From a phage, in the NCBI GenBank assembly GCA_028473545.1, contig GCA_028473545.1_4546.1: DNA of 45,074 nucleotides, one strand, 5' to 3'. Both the position numbers and the translations under genes were made by a program. Shown here one piece after another: positions 8,155 to 15,879 of this stretch. The notes below the pieces were generated by a model, which worked only from the letters and a program-made list of their open reading frames with translations, searched no databases and was not told the DNA's origin. The stretch's first letter is position 1. Each line of letters begins with the position of its first letter.

Positions 8155-8224
8155 CCCCCTTAGATGGCTGGGCCGTCTCCTATGTTGCCGATGGTCGGCG
8201 CATATGCATAAAAGGGCTTATATC

Positions 8225-8776
8225 ATGGCAGAAATCAAAGTTAAAGGCCGTCGTGCCAAACTGGACGGACGAGTAGCAGTTACCCCGCGCCGTAAACCAG
8301 GCGAGCAAACAGAACACACCAATCTTGGACCTGAGATCGAATACGGCAAACGTCGTAAAGGCGGCAAATGCGGACGCCCGACCGACTACCGCACCGTATA
8401 TTGTGACCAGCTTCGCCGCTATTTTGCTGATGCCGTAGCCTGGCAGATCAACTACTCCGACAAGGGCGCTGCGCAAGTAATCCCTCACAACAAGATGCCG
8501 ACTCTCGGTCGCTTTGCCGCGGATATTGGCGTTGGCATCGCTTGCCTGTACCGCTGGGCGCGCGCACATGAGGAGTTCGCCGAAGCGATGGCGGACGCTA
8601 TGGAGTTGCAGAAAACTTTCCTGATGGAAGCTGGCGGCGTGACCATCGCGGCTGGCTTCGCTACGTTCCTGCTTAAAGCCAACCACGGCATTCGTGACGA
8701 TGCTCCGCTGGATGACGACGAAGATGATAACGGCGACGTCGTTGTTGAGCCAACCGGCAAAGGCCAGGGCGAATAA
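8225..8776 (+). CDS. Terminase small subunit (putative)
   Basis: Internal ATG at 8225 with aaaggg upstream; 183 aa; basic N-terminus, acidic C-terminus; immediately precedes the large terminase with start/stop overlap. Confidence 0.55.
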   Translation: MAEIKVKGRRAKLDGRVAVTPRRKPGEQTEHTNLGPEIEYGKRRKGGKCGRPTDYRTVYCDQLRRYFADAVAWQINYSDKGAAQVIPHNKMPTLGRFAADIGVGIACLYRWARAHEEFAEAMADAMELQKTFLMEAGGVTIAAGFATFLLKANHGIRDDAPLDDDEDDNGDVVVEPTGKGQGE

Positions 8777-10161
8777 TGCGTAACTATGCGGCAGAACACC
8801 GCGCACTTGAGCGCTCGATCGCAAAGCGCAACCGTCCGCCACGCCCTACGCGCGTTGCGCAGGCCGTCCGCCTGTATCAGCCTGATTGCCTACCGCACCA
8901 GGTGGAATTACTGCGCGACACTAAGACTAAAATCCTCGGCCTTTGCTCCGGCTTCGGTGGCGGAAAGTCATGGGTCGCGGCGCGTAAGGTCATCCAGCTT
9001 CTTACACTTAACCCTGGTCATGATGGCATCGTGACCGAACCGACTATTCCACTCCTTGTTAAAATCATGTACCCGGAGCTTGAGAAGGCTTTCGACGAGG
9101 CTGGATTCCGGTGGAAGTTCAACAAGCAAGATAAAATTTACAGCGTGCTGGTGAAAGGCAAATGGACGCGCGTTATTTGTGAGTCAATGGAGAACTACAC
9201 CCGCCTGATCGGGGTTAACGCCGCGTGGATTGTTGCCGATGAGTTCGACACCACGAAGCAAGACGTCGCTATGGCGGCTTACCACAAATTGCTTGGTCGT
9301 CTGCGTGCGGGCCTGGTGCGCCAGTTTGTCATCGTATCCACGCCGGAAGGCTTCCGGGCGATGTATCAGATTTTCGAAGTGGAGAAGGATAGCCAAAAAC
9401 GTTTGATCAGGGCAAAGACTACCGACAACCACCACTTACCGGCAGACTTTATCGACACGCTGCGAAGCCAGTACCCGGCAAACCTGATTGACGCATACCT
9501 GAACGGCCTGTTTGTCAACCTTACGTCTGGCGCGGTCTATAAGATGTTTAACCGAGAAGAGAACGCCAGCACCGAGGAAGTGCATCCGGATGATACGCTG
9601 ATTATCGGTATGGACTTTAACGTAACGAAAATGGCGGCGGTTGTGTACGTCAGACGGCAGCACACTACCGAGAACAAGGAGTTCCGCGACGAGATTCACG
9701 CAGTGGATGAATTCGTGGACCTGTTTGATACCCCGGCTATGATTGAGGCGATCGAGGAGCGCTACCCCGATCATTGTGCTGCCGGTCGGGTCGTCGTTTA
9801 CCCGGATAGCAGTGGCAAGTCTCGTAAGACTGTTAACGCATCGTCGTCCGATATCGCGCAACTGGAAGACGCTGGCTTCGAGGTGGAGTATGACAGCGTT
9901 AACCCGCCCGTGAAAGACAGATTGATCGCGATGAATACGATGATGTGCAACTCGAAGGGCGTGCGCCAGTATTTTGTCAACCTGGATAAATGCCCTACAC
10001 TAGCGAAATGTCTGGAACAGCAGGTTTATGACCTGAAGAAAGGCGAGCCGGATAAAACCGCCGGTGTGGACCACATGAACGATGCCGCGGGCTACCCTGT
10101 TGCGCACCTGTTCCCAGTGATTCGACCTATCGCCGTTGTTCCAACTGTAGACTTCTACTAA
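8776..10161 (+). CDS. Terminase large subunit
   Basis: 461 aa; Walker-A-like LCSGFGGGKSW; nuclease-like C-terminal half (IIGMDFN); position before the portal. Confidence 0.8.
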   Translation: MRNYAAEHRALERSIAKRNRPPRPTRVAQAVRLYQPDCLPHQVELLRDTKTKILGLCSGFGGGKSWVAARKVIQLLTLNPGHDGIVTEPTIPLLVKIMYPELEKAFDEAGFRWKFNKQDKIYSVLVKGKWTRVICESMENYTRLIGVNAAWIVADEFDTTKQDVAMAAYHKLLGRLRAGLVRQFVIVSTPEGFRAMYQIFEVEKDSQKRLIRAKTTDNHHLPADFIDTLRSQYPANLIDAYLNGLFVNLTSGAVYKMFNREENASTEEVHPDDTLIIGMDFNVTKMAAVVYVRRQHTTENKEFRDEIHAVDEFVDLFDTPAMIEAIEERYPDHCAAGRVVVYPDSSGKSRKTVNASSSDIAQLEDAGFEVEYDSVNPPVKDRLIAMNTMMCNSKGVRQYFVNLDKCPTLAKCLEQQVYDLKKGEPDKTAGVDHMNDAAGYPVAHLFPVIRPIAVVPTVDFY

Positions 10162-10171
10162 GGAAACGACC

Positions 10172-11692
10172 ATGACCGTTAACGTTGACAACCAGCACCC
10201 ACTCTATGCGCGCATCGCGCAGGAGTGGAAAATGATCCGGGATTGCGTAGCGGGGGAGCGCGCCGTGAAGGCGCGCGGCCCCTTGTACCTGCCACATCCC
10301 GCCAGTGGCGATAATACCGACCCGAAAGCACGGGCGCGATATAAGGCATATAAGCAACGCGCTGTATTCCTGAACGCCACCGCACGCACGCTTAATGCGC
10401 TGTTAGGCGTCGCCTTCGCTAAGCCGGTAAGTCTGGACCTTTCCGGGGCGATGGCTGACCTGATTGATGACGTAGACGGCAGCGGAATGCCACTGCCGCA
10501 ACTCCTGCGCGGTGCTATGTCGGAAGTGCTGCAATCGGGCCGCGCGGGCTTTATGGTGGACTACGACCGCCAGGCTAACTTTGATGAACTGGGTAACGTA
10601 GTGCCGCAGACCGCCGCCGAGATGGCGACGCACCGCCCGCTTATCCGCCTGTATACGGCAGAACAGATCATCAACTGGCGGCAGACCCACGGGATTGACA
10701 CGCTAATCGTGCTGAAGGAAACGGACGAAATCAGCACCGAAGACCCGGACGACTTTGCAAACCACGAAGTAACGATCTGGACTGAATTGCGCATGATTAA
10801 CGGCGCAGCACACGCCCGCCGCTGGTTTTACAACGCAGACACGTCCGAGGTGCAGATGGATTTGCCGCGTGGCTTCACCCGCACCGAGCTTGTGCCGCTG
10901 GTGGATGCTGCCGGTCGAGCGCTTACTCAACTGCCATTTTGCTGGTGCGGTGCGGTGGACAACAACGCAACGCCTGACGCCGCGCCGCTGGCGGATATTG
11001 CATCCATCAACATTAAGCACTACAACGCTGAGGCGGACGTTGCCGAGATCGCGCACATCGTGGGTCAGCCTACCCTTGTCGCCACGGGCTTGACTCAATC
11101 ATGGGCCGACAAAAACCTGAAGGGTGGGATTGCTCTCGGCGCGACTAAGGGCGTTATCCTGGGCCAGAACATGGACGCTAAACTGATTCAGGCCGAGGAG
11201 CGCAACTTGTCTGTTGCACTTTGTGAGCGCCGCGAATTGCAGATGGCTAAACTGGGCGCGGCCCTGGTTGAGAAGGGGACTGCACCAAAGACGGCAACTG
11301 AAGCGGCATACGATGCGCAGACTGACAATAGTATCCTGTCGCTCATTGCCGGTAACGTTGAGAAGGCTTTCAACCGTGCGCTGCAAATCGTCCAGCTATT
11401 CACGGGTGATACCGCGGACCAGCGCGTGACGCTGAACAAGTTCTACACCGAAATCACGGTTGACGCGCAGCTTATGACCGCAATGATGGCTGGTGTTCAG
11501 ACCGGTACGGTCCGACTGGCTGACTTCATCAAGTGGATGATGGCGCAGGGCGTTATCGATGACTCGCAAACCGTAGAGCAGGTGGAAGACGAATTGCGAA
11601 ATCAGAATCCATTGCCTCAAATGTCCCCTGATGCGGTAGAATCTACCGAAGAAGACCCGGATAAGGTAGCGGACAATGGCGAGAACAATTAA
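10172..11692 (+). CDS. Portal protein
   Basis: 506-aa ORF directly after the large terminase with aaggaaac RBS; size and position typical; acidic C-terminus. Confidence 0.7.
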   Translation: MTVNVDNQHPLYARIAQEWKMIRDCVAGERAVKARGPLYLPHPASGDNTDPKARARYKAYKQRAVFLNATARTLNALLGVAFAKPVSLDLSGAMADLIDDVDGSGMPLPQLLRGAMSEVLQSGRAGFMVDYDRQANFDELGNVVPQTAAEMATHRPLIRLYTAEQIINWRQTHGIDTLIVLKETDEISTEDPDDFANHEVTIWTELRMINGAAHARRWFYNADTSEVQMDLPRGFTRTELVPLVDAAGRALTQLPFCWCGAVDNNATPDAAPLADIASINIKHYNAEADVAEIAHIVGQPTLVATGLTQSWADKNLKGGIALGATKGVILGQNMDAKLIQAEERNLSVALCERRELQMAKLGAALVEKGTAPKTATEAAYDAQTDNSILSLIAGNVEKAFNRALQIVQLFTGDTADQRVTLNKFYTEITVDAQLMTAMMAGVQTGTVRLADFIKWMMAQGVIDDSQTVEQVEDELRNQNPLPQMSPDAVESTEEDPDKVADNGENN

Positions 11693-12779
11693 TCAACATA
11701 TGGCGGATCGCATGATTCGCCGTCACATCTTCACCCAGCGCCTGAGCAATGACCAGGCGCGGCGGGTGTTGGCTATGTGGGAGAAGTTCCGACCCACGTT
11801 ACTTGGCAAGCTGACCGAGTTACTTGATGGCAAAAAGTCCATGAATAACAAGGCACTGACCACACTGTTAACGCAAATAGACAAAACCGTCAAAACGGAA
11901 CTGCGCACCGAGTTTAAGGCGCTGGCTGAAAGCCTTCAGGAGTTTGCCGACACCGAGGCTGATTATCTTGCCGATACATTAACGGCAGCGATCCAGCCTG
12001 CGGTAGCCGTACCGGCTGTTGAGGTTGTTGGCGTAGTGACTGGCGCGCAGATTGCGGCCACGGCTATGAAAAACCCGTTCCAGGGAAACACCATGATGCA
12101 ATGGCCTGATTCACTTTCTGAGTGGACCAGGACGCAGATCGGGAATCAGGTGCGCGCTGGATTCATCCAGGGCAAGCCGACTATGGAAATTATCGCGGAC
12201 GTAAAGCGCGCTCTCGGCGGTCGTAGCGCGCAAGCTATCTCAAGTGTTGTTAAGTCCGCAGTAAACCACTATGCGGCGACCGCCCGCGAGTTAATGGTGA
12301 AAGCTAATGACGAAATTCTCGAAGGTCGCCAATGGTTGGCTACATTGGATACGCACACATCACCAATGTGCCAACTACGCGATCGCCTGTTTTATCCTGT
12401 TGACGTCACTCCCGACACCAAAGGAAAGCGCGGCGGGAAAGAGGTGGCTGGATCACAATATGGCGCTGGTCCGGGCAAGCTACATTATTGCTGCCGTTCG
12501 ACGGAGACGTGGAAAGTTAAAGGCATGGAAGATTGGCCCAGTGGTAAGCGTCCGGCACTGAAGGCTGACGCGGGTCGATTGCTGAGTGAGCAGGTCGACG
12601 CGCAGACTGATTTCTTCTCATGGGTGCAGCGCCAGCCGCGCCATATTCTGGAGGAATTATATGGGGTGCAGCGCGCAGACCAGATTATGCGCGGCGTGAA
12701 AGTGCCTAAGATGTTCACCGATACCGGCGAACTAATGACTATTGCACAGCTTAAAAACCGGGGGTTATGGCGTGATTAA
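11676..12779 (+). CDS. Head morphogenesis protein (Mu gpF / SPP1 gp7-like minor head protein)
   Basis: 367-aa ORF overlapping the portal 3' end; position and size typical; product by synteny. Confidence 0.55.
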   Translation: MARTINQHMADRMIRRHIFTQRLSNDQARRVLAMWEKFRPTLLGKLTELLDGKKSMNNKALTTLLTQIDKTVKTELRTEFKALAESLQEFADTEADYLADTLTAAIQPAVAVPAVEVVGVVTGAQIAATAMKNPFQGNTMMQWPDSLSEWTRTQIGNQVRAGFIQGKPTMEIIADVKRALGGRSAQAISSVVKSAVNHYAATARELMVKANDEILEGRQWLATLDTHTSPMCQLRDRLFYPVDVTPDTKGKRGGKEVAGSQYGAGPGKLHYCCRSTETWKVKGMEDWPSGKRPALKADAGRLLSEQVDAQTDFFSWVQRQPRHILEELYGVQRADQIMRGVKVPKMFTDTGELMTIAQLKNRGLWRD

Positions 12780-13080
12780 ATATGCGGCGATCGGACTAGT
12801 TATCGGTCTGGCGGTTGGATTCTGGCAGGGTGATTCCTACCGCACTGGCGTTGTGGCGCAAGCGGCGCAAGAAGCGCAAGCGAAAGCCCAACGGCAGCAA
12901 ACTAAGGTTGTTGAGGGGTCGGTGAAGGCTGAGCAAGCCCGCGACGTGGAATACCGGACTATCACGAAAGAGGTTGTAAAATATGTTACGCGTCCTAACC
13001 GTCCTGATTGTAGTTTTGATGCTGAGCGCGTGCGGATCAAGCAAAGCGCCATCGACGCCGCTAACCGAGTCGGTCTATAG
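12742..13080 (+). CDS. i-spanin-like protein (N-terminal TM helix plus coiled-coil); start may be GTG at 12772
   Basis: Hydrophobic AAIGLVIGLAVGFW then Q/A/K-rich helical region; 3' end overlapped by a lipoprotein ORF in another frame. Confidence 0.4.
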   Translation: MHSLKTGGYGVIKYAAIGLVIGLAVGFWQGDSYRTGVVAQAAQEAQAKAQRQQTKVVEGSVKAEQARDVEYRTITKEVVKYVTRPNRPDCSFDAERVRIKQSAIDAANRVGL

Positions 13081-13213
13081 ACCGCCTTGCACCTTTGAGA
13101 ATGCATCGGCAGATCCAGACGAAGACTTGCTGGTTGATGTTAAAAATATGGAATGCGGGGCTAAGCTAAGGGCGCAAGTGCTGGAGTTGCAGAAAATAAT
13201 TCGGGGGCCGTGA
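12983..13213 (+). CDS. o-spanin-like lipoprotein
   Basis: 76 aa; signal peptide with lipobox LSAC; Pro/Cys-containing mature part; starts inside the preceding ORF in the +1 frame (Rz/Rz1-like overlap). Confidence 0.45.
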   Translation: MLRVLTVLIVVLMLSACGSSKAPSTPLTESVYRPPCTFENASADPDEDLLVDVKNMECGAKLRAQVLELQKIIRGP

Positions 13214-13226
13214 TGGCCCCTTTTTG
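13200..13226 (+). terminator. Rho-independent terminator at a convergent gene junction
   Basis: gggggcc..ggcccc stem followed by ttttt; lies between the plus-strand lipoprotein gene and the minus-strand island. Confidence 0.45.
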
Positions 13227-13230
13227 TTAA

Positions 13231-13746
13231 CTACAAACGCATCGGCATGATAACTAAAAAGGCACCTCCTTTGAACAGCACGCGTGTTGCCTTGTCTACT
13301 CCCTGAAATTCCAGTTTTAATCCCTCAAACTTACGGTCGAACAATTTAGCAATTTTGCAGGCGTCGGATAGGTATGCCCCGTTAAACCCGATAGCCTCCA
13401 CTTTATTGCTGATGAAAGACGTAACTCTTCTCCAGTCTGGAAATAATAGCCCGTCTACAATCTCGATGGGTATGGTAGCTATTAATACGTCTTTACTATC
13501 GAAGAACGCGGCGGAGGTGCCGTCTATGTTGCAGTATTCGAATTTAGTAGGTAAGCGGCTTTTAATTGATACTATTTTACTTTCACCTTCTGGTACAACC
13601 GCAGACCCGCAGAACAAACGGTGACCGTCTGTAGCCACGATGTATCCTTTCTCGTCGAAAAATACACCATTTAGGAAGTATCGGACGTCATTAGTTGCGG
13701 CGCATATCGTAGCGGCTTTAAGATCGGCGTAGTTAACTTTAATCAT
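13231..13746 (-). CDS. Truncated DnaN (beta sliding clamp) homologue, about 171 aa
   Basis: Start at MIKVNYADLK with gaggaa RBS; DVRYFLNGVFF..VATDGHRLF, DGLLFPDWRRV, EAIGFNGAYLSD and C-terminal VIMPMRL match conserved DnaN segments recalled from E. coli (VRYYLNGMLFE..VATDGHRLA, DGRFPDYRRV, EIGFNVSYVLD, VVMPMRL); far shorter than the 366-aa clamp. Confidence 0.6.
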   Translation of the reverse strand: MIKVNYADLKAATICAATNDVRYFLNGVFFDEKGYIVATDGHRLFCGSAVVPEGESKIVSIKSRLPTKFEYCNIDGTSAAFFDSKDVLIATIPIEIVDGLLFPDWRRVTSFISNKVEAIGFNGAYLSDACKIAKLFDRKFEGLKLEFQGVDKATRVLFKGGAFLVIMPMRL

Positions 13747-13803
13747 TTTAATTTCCTCGTGGTTATGTAGACGATAATTCGGGGCCATTACAGCCCCCTT
13801 TTG

Positions 13804-14568
13804 TTAGCGCGGAATACCGCAGATTTCGTTTAACGTCTTCACATCCAGCGCTACTGCCGTTGACTTCGGCTTGTCCGGGTATGGAATGAATTGTTCAACT
13901 TCAGGCCACGCCGCGATCAGCTTCTTGTCAGTATTGTGCATATCCAGCACGCCGGTAACGGTTAGTTTGAACGCGTCATACTTCGCACGCAATTCACGGC
14001 GGGCCTTGTCGTTGTGGTCCAGGCGCTTGCAGAAATCATGCTCTGCCGGGTAGTCTACGCGACCGCGTGGTAGATATATCGGCAGCGCTTTTCCGTCCTC
14101 ATCCACTTCACATACTGACGCGAGCATAATTTCCTCGTACCCCGGTACAATATCGCTAACGTCAGGCGCGAGCGTATTCATATATTTTTCTTCCCAGTAT
14201 CCGCGGTGCTGGCGGTAGCGGTATCCGTCGCCGCTCATATGCAGGGTACGGATGTTACCGCCTGCGTTGATTTCGAAAGTGGAGCAGTAAACGCGTCCAA
14301 TGCCTTTCTGACGGTCTTTGTTATAGCTATACGTCGCCTTGTCGGTGTAAACGCTGACGCCGTACATCTGCGACTGGTTATCGCGGATTTCTGCGATATA
14401 TGCGCGTAGCTCGGCGAACGTGTGAATGCCTTTTGGCATACAGTCCAGCGTAATTGCGTACGCCAGGTCGCGAGAGTCCATCATGATTGATTTGGCTTCA
14501 GTCGCGATTTCGTGGTCGCGCAGGATGTTAGCCAGAATCTGGTTTTTAATGTCTTTTGTCAGTCTCAT
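13804..14568 (-). CDS. Hypothetical protein (254 aa), island gene 2
   Basis: ORF with gagga RBS; no motif recognised. Confidence 0.55.
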   Translation of the reverse strand: MRLTKDIKNQILANILRDHEIATEAKSIMMDSRDLAYAITLDCMPKGIHTFAELRAYIAEIRDNQSQMYGVSVYTDKATYSYNKDRQKGIGRVYCSTFEINAGGNIRTLHMSGDGYRYRQHRGYWEEKYMNTLAPDVSDIVPGYEEIMLASVCEVDEDGKALPIYLPRGRVDYPAEHDFCKRLDHNDKARRELRAKYDAFKLTVTGVLDMHNTDKKLIAAWPEVEQFIPYPDKPKSTAVALDVKTLNEICGIPR

Positions 14569-14607
14569 TTGTGTTTCCTCATTGTTGGGGCTTTCGCCCC
14601 ATTTGGT

Positions 14608-14922
14608 TTAGTTAAACTTGATGTTGCCACCGATGGAGGTTAAGCGAGCGCATACTGCTTCAACGGCATCAACGCACATGAAATCGTTAAAGGCTTCGAC
14701 CAGGGCGTTGATGAAAGATGCCGGAACCAGACCACAAGCCGGATTATCGAAGGTTGCGGAATTGATCGCAGCTTTCGCAGCTTCAGTAGCGTTCATGCTC
14801 TGGCACAGATTCAGCGCTTCAGCGTTACGCATCGCGTGAAAGGTAAAGGTATTGGCAACGGCAGCTTTATTGAAACGGGTCATTGCTGCATCTACTGGAG
14901 TTGCTACGGTCATGTTATTCAT
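14608..14922 (-). CDS. Hypothetical protein (about 104 aa), island gene 3
   Basis: Start taken at MNNMTV with aaggaaaac RBS; an upstream ATG at 14937 is possible. Confidence 0.45.
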   Translation of the reverse strand: MNNMTVATPVDAAMTRFNKAAVANTFTFHAMRNAEALNLCQSMNATEAAKAAINSATFDNPACGLVPASFINALVEAFNDFMCVDAVEAVCARLTSIGGNIKFN

Positions 14923-14944
14923 TTTGTTTTCCTTCATATCTCTG

Positions 14945-14975
14945 TTGGTGTGCAACCAATATAGTGCAACCAATA
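14945..14975 (-). promoter_or_regulatory. Tandem ATTGGTTGCA boxes in the divergent intergenic region
   Basis: On the minus strand ATTGGTTGCActatATTGGTTGCACACCAACAGAG lies immediately upstream of the island start codon; the last 18 nt match the leader of the 3250 gene. Confidence 0.4.
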
Positions 14976-15077
14976 CCAGGATTGCAAGCGAATTTTGCGA
15001 TTATTTTTATCGCTGATAATATTAGAAGCGTGAAGTCGAGCGGGTGGCCCGCTCTGCCACAATCCCAGGGGGATAGC

Positions 15078-15782
15078 ATGAAACTTACTAAAGCAGAATA
15101 TGACGCGTTGCCGGAAAGTATGAAGGCGCTTTTTGTTGCCGATGGCGACGGGTATAAATCAACATTTATGTCCGCTGAGGAAGTACAGGCGGAAATCAAG
15201 GGTCTGAAAGACAACAACGCAAAGCTGGTGAGCGAGAAGAAAGCAGAAGCTGAACGCCGCGCCGAAGCCGAGCGCCTTGCGAAAGAGAAAGAGGAAGCCG
15301 CCGCGCGCAAAAATGGCGACCTCGAAGCGATCGATAAGTCTTGGAAGGATAAGTTTGCAAAACACGAAGCAGACACATCGGGGAAAATCGAATCCTATCG
15401 CAAGCAGATCCACGACCTCACTATCGGCAGCGCTGCCAAAGACCTGGCATCGAAGCTGTTTGGTAAGAATGCTGGCATCATGCAACGCCACGTAATGGAG
15501 CGCCTCGCGCTGGAAGACGGCGAAGACGGCAGCTTGAAAGTGCGTGTCTTGCAGGATGGCAAACCGTCCGCGCTGACTATGGACGAGCTTGAAAAAGAGT
15601 TCCGTAATAACGCTGATTTTGCATCCGTCCTGGCTGGCACGCCCGCTGGTGGCGCTCCGAGCAAACCGACACAGGTTATCGAAGATGCGAAGTCTAAAAT
15701 CACGATGGGCCATAGCTTCGGTATCACGGACCTGACGAAACAGGCAGGGGATATCATCGCTAAGATGGGCGACGACGAGTAA
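15078..15782 (+). CDS. Scaffolding protein (putative)
   Basis: Start at 15078 with aggggga RBS; 234 aa; charged coiled-coil (KKAEAERRAEAERLAKEKEEAAARK); directly upstream of the major capsid gene. Confidence 0.55.
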   Translation: MKLTKAEYDALPESMKALFVADGDGYKSTFMSAEEVQAEIKGLKDNNAKLVSEKKAEAERRAEAERLAKEKEEAAARKNGDLEAIDKSWKDKFAKHEADTSGKIESYRKQIHDLTIGSAAKDLASKLFGKNAGIMQRHVMERLALEDGEDGSLKVRVLQDGKPSALTMDELEKEFRNNADFASVLAGTPAGGAPSKPTQVIEDAKSKITMGHSFGITDLTKQAGDIIAKMGDDE

Positions 15783-15879
15783 GCAGATCGCCCGCGAAAG
15801 CTGGCGATTTTGCGAGCGCGTAAATCTAAGGTAACATTAACGTCACTGGGCGAATGCTCACAACTCAAAGGATTTCGAT

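Noticed and set aside
8126-8224. Extended N-terminus of the small terminase ORF (MVGFFVPVII...)
   Set aside because: The upstream part overlaps the terminator and promoter-like elements and lacks an RBS; the internal ATG at 8225 has an RBS-like aaaggg and a typical small-terminase N-terminus.
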